Made by a program: the position numbers and the translations under genes. A stretch of 63,440 nucleotides of DNA, counting the filler. It is 10 parts of 10 records of this genome, joined end to end, with 100 filler letters (N's around TTAATTAATTAA, not from the genome) between each part and the next. Parts side by side here need not be neighbours in the genome. Positions count along the whole stretch, not along the records: positions 51,474 to 55,307 come from SRR20825010_5784; positions 55,408 to 58,473 come from SRR20825010_5790; positions 58,574 to 63,440 come from SRR20825010_5805; 7 more parts are not named here. One strand, given 5' to 3'. The notes beneath the pieces are model-generated. The model was not told where the DNA came from. It ran no database searches and saw only the letters and a program-made list of their open reading frames with translations. Position 1 is the stretch's first letter; each line of letters starts with the position of its first letter. Of this stretch, positions 54,493-62,733 are shown one piece after another.

Positions 54493-55189
54493 CAACCTCA
54501 CGGTCGGATATTCAGCCAGCGTTCCCGTGCTGCACGATGTGTCGATCAGCATTGGAGCCGGCCAGTTCATCTCCGTGGTCGGGCCGAACGGGGCGGGCAA
54601 GACGACGCTGTTCAAGGCGATTTCCGGAACGTTGACCCCGAACAGCGGTCAACTGAGCTTCGAGGGAGAGGATATTTCCAACCTCGAGCCGTCGCGTCGG
54701 CCGCATCTCGGCATCGCCCATGTCCCCGAAGGCCGGCAGGTGTTTCCCTCGATGACGGTTCTGGAAAACCTCGAAATGGGCGCTGTCCCCAAGGCGGGAC
54801 GGGACCAATGGGCGACAAACCTGGAGCGGATCTACACCTGGTTTCCGGTGCTGGCCGAGCGATCGTCGCAATATGCCGGCACGCTTTCGGGCGGCCAGCA
54901 GCAGATGCTCGCCATCGGTCGCGGCCTCGCATCCTCGCCGAAGCTGATCATGCTCGACGAGCCGTCGATGGGGCTCGCGCCCTCGACCGCCGATTTCGTG
55001 TTCGAGAAGCTGATGGAAATCAGGCGGGATCTGGGTCTTGCCATTCTGTTGGTCGAGCAGCGCGTGGCCGAAGCGCTGCAGTTCGCCGATCGCGGATACG
55101 TGCTCGAAACCGGCCGCATCGTTCTGGAGGGAGATGGCGACACGCTGATGGCCGACGACCGCGTCCGCCAAGCCTATCTGGGAATGTAA
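54479..55189 (+). CDS. livF: ABC transporter ATP-binding protein (LivF-like)
   Basis: GPNGAGKTT, VPEGRQVF, LSGGQQQML, LDEPSMGLAP, AYLG. Confidence 0.9.
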   Translation: MLTIDNLTVGYSASVPVLHDVSISIGAGQFISVVGPNGAGKTTLFKAISGTLTPNSGQLSFEGEDISNLEPSRRPHLGIAHVPEGRQVFPSMTVLENLEMGAVPKAGRDQWATNLERIYTWFPVLAERSSQYAGTLSGGQQQMLAIGRGLASSPKLIMLDEPSMGLAPSTADFVFEKLMEIRRDLGLAILLVEQRVAEALQFADRGYVLETGRIVLEGDGDTLMADDRVRQAYLGM

Positions 55190-55217
55190 TCTGAGATCAA
55201 TAAAGGAGGAGGAAGAC

Positions 55218-55307
55218 ATGAGTGATCAATTGAAGAGAAGTTTCGCCTTGGCCCTGGCGGCGACCACCGCCGCGATGGCCGGTGTTCCGGCGCTGGCGCA
55301 GGAAAAG
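55218..55307 (+). CDS. ABC substrate-binding protein, signal peptide only, 3' truncated
   Basis: Strong RBS AAGGAGGAGG then MSDQLKRSFALALAATTAAMAGVPALAQEK. Confidence 0.65.
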
Positions 55308-55407
55308 NNNNNNNNNNNNNNNNNNNNNNNNNNNNNNNNNNNNNNNNNNNNTTAATTAATTAANNNNNNNNNNNNNNNNNNNNNNNNNNNNNNNNNNNNN
55401 NNNNNNN
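55308..55407. other. Artificial contig spacer
   Basis: 44 N + TTAATTAATTAA + 44 N. Confidence 0.98.
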
Positions 55408-56433
55408 CTTTTCCTCGACCACGATCACCATGTCGAGCCCGTCGACGAACTCGGCCATGTCCCCCAGATCGAACGGCCACGGGCAGGCGACCTTGAACAG
55501 CCTCACACCGATCTGGTTGGCCCGCTTCTCGTCGATCCCCAGGTCATCGAGGGCCTGACGCACATCCAGATAGTTCTTGCCGACAGTCAGGATTCCGATC
55601 CTGGCGTTGGCGCCGCCCGAATAGATGATCCGGTTAAGTCCGTTTGCCCGGATATAGGCACTTGCGGCATCGCGCTTGAATTCGTGCAGCCGCATTTCCT
55701 GGCCGAGGAAATCAAGGTCATTGGCCCGGATATTGAGCCCGCCTGGCGGCATCGTGAACTCCGGCAGGATGATCTTGAGGCGACCGAGCCCCGCGTCGAC
55801 TGACGCCGTCGACTCGACATTGTCCTTGACGCATTTGAGCGCCGCCCAGGTTCCCGCAAATCGGGACATGGCAAATCCGTGCAGCCCGTAATCGATCATT
55901 TCCTGCACGCCGGCCGGATTGAGAATCGGGATCATGGTGTCGATGAAGTTGAACTCGGTCTGATGGGCGTTGGTCGAGCTTTCCGCCGTGTGGTCGTCCC
56001 CCATCAGCGCCAGCACGCCGCCGTGACGGGATGATCCAGCCAGGTTGGCGTGGCGGAACACGTCGCCCGAACGGTCCACGCCCGGTCCCTTGCCGTACCA
56101 GAGGGCAAACACGCCGTCATATTTGCCGGTTCCGTCCAGGCCCGATTGCTGCGTGCCCCAGCAAGCGGTTGCAGCCAGCTCTTCATTCAGCCCCGGTTGA
56201 AAAACGATGTTGTGTTTCGACAGAGGCCTTTGAGCGCGCATGATCTGCTGGTCGAGACCACCCAGTGGCGACCCTCGATAGCCGGAAACAAACCCAGCGG
56301 TGTTGAGGCCGGCGAGACGGTCCCGCTCCTGCTGCATCATCAGCAAACGAACGACAGCTTGTGATCCGGTGACGAAAATCCGGTCCCTGGTCAGGTCAAA
56401 CTTGTCGTCGAGCGAAACATCATGCGCTGTCAT
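55408..56433 (-). CDS. Indolepyruvate ferredoxin oxidoreductase family protein (fused alpha/beta type), 3' truncated
   Basis: SLDDKF, SGYRGSPLGG, NEELAATA.WGTQQ, WYGKGPGVDR, GDDH..ESST, VVEEK; start set at ATG 56433 after GAGGAG. Confidence 0.9.
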
Positions 56434-56645
56434 TACGGTCTCCTCAAACCATCCCGGCCCGGATCGGAACTGATCCGGAACCGACCACGGACGCTCTCCC
56501 AATCCGTGGTCCTTGTCATGATATTTGGGCCAGTCGGAGCGCCGGTCAATCGATTTCATACCTCATGCCCGACTGCGCAATCAGATGGTTGGCAATCGGC
56601 ATGAAACGAAATTATCTGTCGCCGGCAGGGTGCGGCACGACCGAT

Positions 56646-57419
56646 TCAGCGCCCGATCGAATGGCCGCCGTCAACCGTGATCGAGCTGCCGGTCATGTAA
56701 GCGCTCGCCCTGGACGCAAGCAGCAGCACGACGCCATCCAGATCATGCATGTCGCCAAGCCGCCCTGTCGGGTTCTGGCCGGCCATGACACCGGCTCCCG
56801 GCCCCTTGAGAAAGGGTGCCGTCAGATCGGTTTCGAACCAGCCTGGCCGGATTTCATTGACCCTGATTCCATGCTTGGCCCATTCAAGCGCCAGGCAACG
56901 CGTCATCTGGCTGACCGCGGCCTTGGATGCGCCATAGGCTGACACCTGGCGCTGCGCCATTTCAGACAAAACGCTCGAGATGTTGATGATCGATCCGCCG
57001 CGCCCGTCGCGAATCATGCGCCGGGCAGCCTCCTGCGCCACCATGAACGCGCCCTCCACGTTGACGGCCATGACATTGCGAAGCGTCTCTCGCGTCAGGT
57101 GGGTCGCTTTGTCGCGATGTGCAATGCCCGCATTGTTGATCAGCACGCCGACTGGCCCAAGCGTCGCCTCGATACCGTCAAAAGCCGCGCGGATCATGTC
57201 GTCCTGACGCACATCCATCGGCACGGAAATGGCTTGGCCGCCCAATGCCGCAATCGTGTTCACGCCTGCCTGCAGACTGTCTGGATCATTGCCCGCAAGC
57301 ACCAGTTTCGCGCCGTTGATGGCAAGGGCCTTGGCCATGGCAAGCCCCATTCCGGTCCCGCCGCCGGTGACCAGCACAATTTCGTTCGAAATATCAAACA
57401 GCTCGTTTGCCAGCACCAT
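56646..57419 (-). CDS. Short-chain dehydrogenase/reductase
   Basis: TGGGTGMG, NNAG, NISS, YGASK, PG.F.T, VDGG. Confidence 0.92.
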   Translation of the reverse strand: MVLANELFDISNEIVLVTGGGTGMGLAMAKALAINGAKLVLAGNDPDSLQAGVNTIAALGGQAISVPMDVRQDDMIRAAFDGIEATLGPVGVLINNAGIAHRDKATHLTRETLRNVMAVNVEGAFMVAQEAARRMIRDGRGGSIINISSVLSEMAQRQVSAYGASKAAVSQMTRCLALEWAKHGIRVNEIRPGWFETDLTAPFLKGPGAGVMAGQNPTGRLGDMHDLDGVVLLLASRASAYMTGSSITVDGGHSIGR

Positions 57420-57647
57420 CGACCTCTTTTTACTGTATGGAACAAGGGGTATAGCCGCAGTCACGGATTAACGCCACCATCGGCAATCCGGCCGACTGGT
57501 AAAATTAATGCACCACTCGTTGCGCTGGATGCCTTTTTCCTGATATGGGCTGGCGCAACATCATGCAAATGATATGGATGGTGCAAAAAGGGAACGACGG
57601 TTGATCACACTCCTTGGAAACGGAGGTGAAATGGCCAGGAGGGCAAT

Positions 57648-58232
57648 ATGGGTAGTCTTTTGGCATTGAGCCGGTTTATCGACCGGATCAATGAGTTTGT
57701 CGGACGCAATGTGTCCTGGCTGGTGCTGGCTGCCGTGCTGATCAGCGCCGGGAATGCCACAATCCGAAAAATGTTCGACATGTCGTCGAACGCCTGGCTG
57801 GAGGTCCAGTGGTACCTGTTCGGCGCGGTTTTCATGCTCGCCGCAGGCTACACGCTGCGCAAGAACGAGCATGTTCGCATTGACGTCCTGGCCGGCAATC
57901 TTTCCAAGCGAACTCGTGACTGGATCGACCTGTTCGGCCACTTCCTGTTCCTGCTTCCGTTCTGCCTGATGATGACCTACCTGGCCTGGCCGTTCTTCTG
58001 GCGCTCGTTCCAGTCCGGCGAAATGTCCAGCAACGCCGGCGGCCTTATCATCTGGCCGGCCAAGGCAAGCATCCTTCTCGGCTTCATCCTGCTGACAGCG
58101 CAGGCTGTATCGGAAATCATCAAGCGCATCGCCATCATCCGCGGTCTGCTTGAAGAGGAGGCCGGCCATGATCATTCCATGCCACCGCAGGTCGAGGCAG
58201 CCGCTGAAATGAAGGGTGGCAAAAATGCTTGA
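57648..58232 (+). CDS. TRAP transporter small permease (DctQ)
   Basis: SNAWLE.QWYLF...L...YTL....HVRIDV, four TM helices. Confidence 0.9.
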   Translation: MGSLLALSRFIDRINEFVGRNVSWLVLAAVLISAGNATIRKMFDMSSNAWLEVQWYLFGAVFMLAAGYTLRKNEHVRIDVLAGNLSKRTRDWIDLFGHFLFLLPFCLMMTYLAWPFFWRSFQSGEMSSNAGGLIIWPAKASILLGFILLTAQAVSEIIKRIAIIRGLLEEEAGHDHSMPPQVEAAAEMKGGKNA

Positions 58233-58473
58233 TCTTATTGCCCACAATCTTGCGCCGATCATGTTCATCACCGTCATGGCGATGTTGTTGATCGGCTACC
58301 CGGTTGCCTTCACCCTTGCTGCCGGCGGCATGTACTTCTTCGTCGTTGGCGTTGAACTGAGCCATATCTCTCCGGAGATCCGGCTGTTCTGGCCCCTGGC
58401 ACAGGCGAACATGAACCGCGTCTTCGACGTGATGCGCAACGACACGTTGCTGGCGATCCCGTTCTTCACCTTC
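58225..58473 (+). CDS. TRAP transporter large permease (DctM), 3' truncated
   Basis: LLIGYPVAFTL...N.TLLAIPFFTF. Confidence 0.87.
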
Positions 58474-58573
58474 NNNNNNNNNNNNNNNNNNNNNNNNNNN
58501 NNNNNNNNNNNNNNNNNTTAATTAATTAANNNNNNNNNNNNNNNNNNNNNNNNNNNNNNNNNNNNNNNNNNNN
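58474..58573. other. Artificial contig spacer
   Basis: 44 N + TTAATTAATTAA + 44 N. Confidence 0.98.
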
Positions 58574-59032
58574 TTGCTGGCCGCCGGAAAGCGTGCCTGC
58601 GCGTTGCAGTGCCTGCGGTACAAGGTCGAGCCGGTCCAGCGCCTCGATGGCCATGGTTCGCTCGGCGTCGGAGAACGACATGGCCATGGATGACAGGAAC
58701 CCGTGTTCGGCCAGCCGCCCGATCAGCACGTTGGTCAGCACGTCCAGCCGGTCGACAAGGTTGAACTGCTGAAAAATCATTGCGCAATCGCGTCGCCAAT
58801 TGCGCAGGGCGCGTCCCCTGAGCGCCGTGATCTCGACCCCGTCAAAGGAAATCGACCCCGAAGTGGGGTCGACAAGACGGTTGATCAACCGCAGCATGGT
58901 GGACTTTCCCGCACCGGACCGCCCGATGACACCGACAAACTCACCTGGATTGATATCCAGCGTAGCGTTGTCCACGGCCGTGGTGGTGCCGAATTCTCGG
59001 GACAGATTCTTCAGGCTTAGCGTCGCGGTCAT
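58574..59032 (-). CDS. phnC: Phosphonate ABC transporter ATP-binding protein, 3' truncated
   Basis: [42 protein letters not shown]. Confidence 0.92.
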
Positions 59033-59110
59033 GGTGGTGGCCCCCTTCGCCCGACTTTATCGGGCCAATCATCCGGATGAATGTGTTTGGGGCATTCGTA
59101 TCTGGCGTGC

Positions 59111-59150
59111 GTAACAAGTCCACAAACCGTTCGTGAAGGTTTCCTAACAG
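59111..59150 (-). promoter_or_regulatory. Putative Pho box (PhoB site) upstream of phnC
   Basis: Minus-strand heptamers at 11-bp period: CTGTTAG, CCTTCAC, (GGTTTGT), TTGTTAC versus consensus CTGTCAT. Confidence 0.55.
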
Positions 59151-59155
59151 ATGAT

Positions 59156-60328
59156 TCAGGCGACCGTGCGCAACGCCTCGCTCGCTGTTTCCATGGTACC
59201 GTTGGAATAGACCACGCAGCCATCGCCAAGGGTCAGCGCCACGCGGTCACGGTCATCCACGATGACCAGATCCGCCCGCTTGCCGGGCGCAATCGCACCC
59301 CTGTCGGCAAGGCCAAGCGCCTTGGCCGGATTCACTGTGGCAAGACGCGCAGCGCCTGCAAGACCGTTGGCGTCGACCTCGGCCAGGCGGCGGATCGCGG
59401 GTAGAATCGCCGCCGGGTGATAATCGGCAGCCAAGATCGACAACAGACCTTCGGCATGCGCCTGCCGCGCGGATAGATTGCCGGAATAGCTTTGTCCGCG
59501 CATGGCATTCGGAGCGCCCATGGCAGTCATCATTCCCTTGGCGATAGCGGCCTGCGCGGCTTCATGTGTGACCGGGAATTCCGCAATCACCGCCCCCAAA
59601 TCGGCCATCAACTGTGCCTTTTCGACGGTGTCGTCGTCATGGCTGGCCAGCGCGACGCCGTGTTCTCGGCACAGCCGCGCCACGGTGCGCATGTTGGCAA
59701 GTAGCACCTCTTGGGGGCGGTCCCGGTCGGCAATGGATTGCGCCACGATTTGTCGTGCCTCGGTGACCGAGATGCCGTTCTGCGCGGCCTTGTTCCGGAT
59801 GTGGATTTCAAGGTTGCGATACTGTCCCTGCCCCGGTGTGTGATCCATCAGCGACACAAGGTCGACCTGACCATCCTCAAGCAATTGCGCCAGTACGCCG
59901 ACCGCATTGTCAAAGGTGATATCAAATCGCGCATGGATACGGTGATCCACCCGGCATCCCTGCCGCGCACCATGCAACGCCCGGATCACCTGCGACGTAT
60001 GCTCATAGGACCGTCTCTCGCCTTGCGCCGCCGAGCGAGAGAACGAGACCGAGGCATAGGCCGTCGTCACACCGCTGGCCGCCAGTCGGGCGTCCAGTGC
60101 GTTCAACGCCACGTCCATTGGGAAATTCACCCGGGCGCGCGGTTCCAGCTCTTGTTCGATCATGTCGCCATGCATGTCGATGAAACCCGCAAAGATCGTG
60201 TGGCCGCGACCGTCGATGCCGCCGGACACTGAGCCGTCGATAATTTCGGTGATCCGGCCATTCTTGATCCGCAGCGATCCGCGTTGCACCGTGTCAGGCA
60301 GGACGAGAGTAAAATCAGACAGCCACAT
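59156..60328 (-). CDS. phnM: Alpha-D-ribose 1-methylphosphonate 5-triphosphate diphosphatase
   Basis: DMHGD..E....PR, SLMDHTPGQGQY, ASHDD, EFP, GAPN..RG.S.SGN, ADY.P, NPA..LGL.DRG.I..GKRADL. Confidence 0.92.
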   Translation of the reverse strand: MWLSDFTLVLPDTVQRGSLRIKNGRITEIIDGSVSGGIDGRGHTIFAGFIDMHGDMIEQELEPRARVNFPMDVALNALDARLAASGVTTAYASVSFSRSAAQGERRSYEHTSQVIRALHGARQGCRVDHRIHARFDITFDNAVGVLAQLLEDGQVDLVSLMDHTPGQGQYRNLEIHIRNKAAQNGISVTEARQIVAQSIADRDRPQEVLLANMRTVARLCREHGVALASHDDDTVEKAQLMADLGAVIAEFPVTHEAAQAAIAKGMMTAMGAPNAMRGQSYSGNLSARQAHAEGLLSILAADYHPAAILPAIRRLAEVDANGLAGAARLATVNPAKALGLADRGAIAPGKRADLVIVDDRDRVALTLGDGCVVYSNGTMETASEALRTVA

Positions 60329-61034
60329 CGTCTCGGATCTCCTTTTGGGGGGCGTCGGGGGTCAAGTCGATCTCGCGGTCGATCAGGGTCGCCACGTCGC
60401 CGGGATGGTGGAATACCCCGACTATCGCCGTGCCGAGACGTTTCAGTTCGGCCAGCCGGTCGATCAGGGCCGCGCGAGCGGAAGCATCCAGAGAGGCCGT
60501 CGGTTCGTCCAGCAGCAGTAGGCGTTGCGGCAGGATCAGCGCGCGGGCCAAGTTGACCTTTTGCTGTTCACCGCCGGAAAACGTGGTGGGATAAGCGGGC
60601 CAGAGGGCGGGTTTGACGCCAAAGGCCGCCAGCCAGTGCCGGGCTCGTTCCAGCGCGTCCCCGGCGTCGTGTCCGGCAAGGCGCAGTGGCTCGGCCACCA
60701 GCGCCTCGGCGCTGACACGCGGGCGCGCGGTCAAGAACTGAGTGACAAAGCCGATCTCGGTCCGGCGCAAATGGGTCACATCCACATCCGCAGCGCGGGC
60801 CAGATCGATCACCCCGTGTGAGGAATGGAACAGGATTTCGCCCTTGGCCGCCAAATAGCTGCGGTACAGCGTCCGCAGCAGCGTGGATTTGCCTGCCCCG
60901 TTGCGCCCCTTGAGCAGCAGGAATTCGCCCGCATCCAATGTCAGGGAAATGTCGGAAAAGGCCGCCATATGCGTGCCAAGGTGGTGCATGTCAAAGCCTT
61001 TGGACAGGCCGCGTACGTCAAGAATCCGGGTCAT
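60315..61034 (-). CDS. phnL: C-P lyase system ATP-binding protein PhnL
   Basis: L.K.F.MH, G.NGAGKST.L..LY..Y, GFVTQFL..RPRV, P.TFSGGEQQKVNLAR, LLLDEPTASLD, GVFH. Confidence 0.9.
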   Translation of the reverse strand: MTRILDVRGLSKGFDMHHLGTHMAAFSDISLTLDAGEFLLLKGRNGAGKSTLLRTLYRSYLAAKGEILFHSSHGVIDLARAADVDVTHLRRTEIGFVTQFLTARPRVSAEALVAEPLRLAGHDAGDALERARHWLAAFGVKPALWPAYPTTFSGGEQQKVNLARALILPQRLLLLDEPTASLDASARAALIDRLAELKRLGTAIVGVFHHPGDVATLIDREIDLTPDAPQKEIRDDVAV

Positions 61035-61825
61035 AGCTTTGCGTGCACCAATTGTTGTGTGTAAGCGTGTTGCGGGTCTTGAAAGACTTGATCGGCAAGG
61101 CCGGCCTCGACCACTTCACCGCGTCGCATCACCATGACGCGGTCGGCCAGCGTTCGGATCACGCCGAGGTCGTGGCTGACGATGACCATGGTGATCTGGC
61201 GGTCCTGTTGCAGCCGTTTCAACGTGTCCAGCACCAAAGCCTGAACGCTGACGTCCAGCCCGGTGGTCGGCTCGTCCAGCAGCAACAGCGCCGGTTCCAG
61301 CGCAATTGCCTTGGCCAGCTGCACCCGCTGCTGCATGCCGCCGGACAGGTCGATGGGCGGGGCGTCCATCCGTTCCAGAGGGAACTCTGATGCGTCCAGT
61401 GCGCCGCGCGCCTTGTCACGCAGGACGTTGAACCGCCGTTCGCCCGCAACCAGCAACCGCTCGGCCACGTTGCCCGACGAGGAATGCTGCATCAGCAGGC
61501 CAAGATGCGGGTTCTGGTAAACGATCCCGATCCGGGTCGCACACAGCATCCTCCGCGCATAGCGGTCAAGGTCGAACAGGTTGCCCTGCACGTCCGGCAA
61601 GTCCAGCGTATAGCTGCCCGTATCCGGCGTTTCCTCTAGGTTGAGGCAGCGCAAAAAAGTGGATTTGCCCGAACCGCTTTCGCCGACGATACCCAGCACC
61701 TCGCCCGGAAAAACGGTGGCGGACACATTGCGCATCGCCTGCACAGACCCATAGTTCAGCGACAGGCCCTGCGCGGTCAGCAGCGGACGGGTCTTGACCA
61801 GACGGGGGGCGTCCATGGTTTTCAT
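61031..61825 (-). CDS. phnK: C-P lyase system ATP-binding protein PhnK
   Basis: GIVGESGSGKST, VYQNP..GL, GNVAERL, SGGMQQRVQLA, DEPTTGLDVSVQA, DPQHAYTQ.LV. Confidence 0.92.
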   Translation of the reverse strand: MKTMDAPRLVKTRPLLTAQGLSLNYGSVQAMRNVSATVFPGEVLGIVGESGSGKSTFLRCLNLEETPDTGSYTLDLPDVQGNLFDLDRYARRMLCATRIGIVYQNPHLGLLMQHSSSGNVAERLLVAGERRFNVLRDKARGALDASEFPLERMDAPPIDLSGGMQQRVQLAKAIALEPALLLLDEPTTGLDVSVQALVLDTLKRLQQDRQITMVIVSHDLGVIRTLADRVMVMRRGEVVEAGLADQVFQDPQHAYTQQLVHAKL

Positions 61826-62733
61826 GTCATTTCTCCGTTGCTGTACCAGGTTGTTCCGATCTGCACCGGATCGCCTTCGCCACGGCGGATTACCTTGACG
61901 CCCAGGTCGCTGTCCGAAACTTCGTGCAGCGAAGAACCGTCAGCCTGCGGAATCTCGTTCATGAAGTAGCCGCGCGCGCCCGATCTGTGGCAGGTCAAGC
62001 CCGCGTGATCCTCGACCCGGTAGGCCACATCGTCAAAGGTCAACGGCTCGACCCGGGTAAAGGGCGGCACCGCATGCAAGCGCTTTTCGCGGCCCGCCGA
62101 CAGCAGCGTCAGGTGCTGCGCCATGTGCAGCTTTGGCACATCCCAGCGCGGGATCGGCGAGGGCGTCATGACATGGCGGCCATTGACCATCGACGGATAG
62201 GACGCGCCCTGCATCACCCGCCCTGCCCGCACGATCTGCTCATATAGTTGCAGCCACATCCGCCCGTAATCGGCGTCGGCATGCATCTGGCGAGCAATCG
62301 ACATGTTGGGCTGCACAGACCGCAGCGGTTCAGGGTTGGGCACCTGCAACACCAGCACCTGATCGGCGCGCAGCCGTTCCTCTGGGATGCGGTGGCGCGA
62401 TTGGATCAGGTCCGCCTCTAGCGTGTCGGTGGTCACCGGCGCGCCGGAAACGCGCGCCAGAAACTTGCGGATCGAGGCGGCATTGACGCTGTCATCTGCG
62501 CCTTGGTCGATGACCTTGATCCGGGTCCGGGGATTCACCAGCGTGCAGGACACCTGCAACCCGCCAGTGCCCCAACCGCGCGCCATGGGCACCTCTCGGC
62601 TGGCATAGGGCATCTGGCAGCCGGGCACGGCAATTGCCTTCAGCATCTTGCGGCGGATTTCGCGCTTGGCGGACCCGTCGAGAAAACCGTAGGCCATCGG
62701 CTCCCAGTCGCGTGTCAGGGATTTGAGGGTCAT
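61822..62733 (-). CDS. phnJ: PhnJ homolog (alpha-D-ribose 1-methylphosphonate 5-phosphate C-P lyase), divergent, lacking three of four conserved C-terminal cysteines
   Basis: KR.IRR..LKA.A.PG.Q, GWGTGG, KVIDQGADD..NA.SIR, IQSRHRIPE, QVP.PEPLR, PSPIP..D, AGREKR..AVPPFT.VE; start at ATG 62733 overlapping phnI stop. Confidence 0.92.
   Translation of the reverse strand: MTLKSLTRDWEPMAYGFLDGSAKREIRRKMLKAIAVPGCQMPYASREVPMARGWGTGGLQVSCTLVNPRTRIKVIDQGADDSVNAASIRKFLARVSGAPVTTDTLEADLIQSRHRIPEERLRADQVLVLQVPNPEPLRSVQPNMSIARQMHADADYGRMWLQLYEQIVRAGRVMQGASYPSMVNGRHVMTPSPIPRWDVPKLHMAQHLTLLSAGREKRLHAVPPFTRVEPLTFDDVAYRVEDHAGLTCHRSGARGYFMNEIPQADGSSLHEVSDSDLGVKVIRRGEGDPVQIGTTWYSNGEMT

Noticed and set aside
57551-57567. 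Sigma-54 promoter before the TRAP genes (TGGCGC...TGCA)
   Set aside because: GG to GC spacing is 11 nt rather than the required 10.
61900-61992. PhnJ cysteine loss as a frameshift artefact
   Set aside because: Conserved residues on both sides and between the lost cysteines (G, NE, SD.D) remain in the same frame, and the stop overlaps the phnK start normally.
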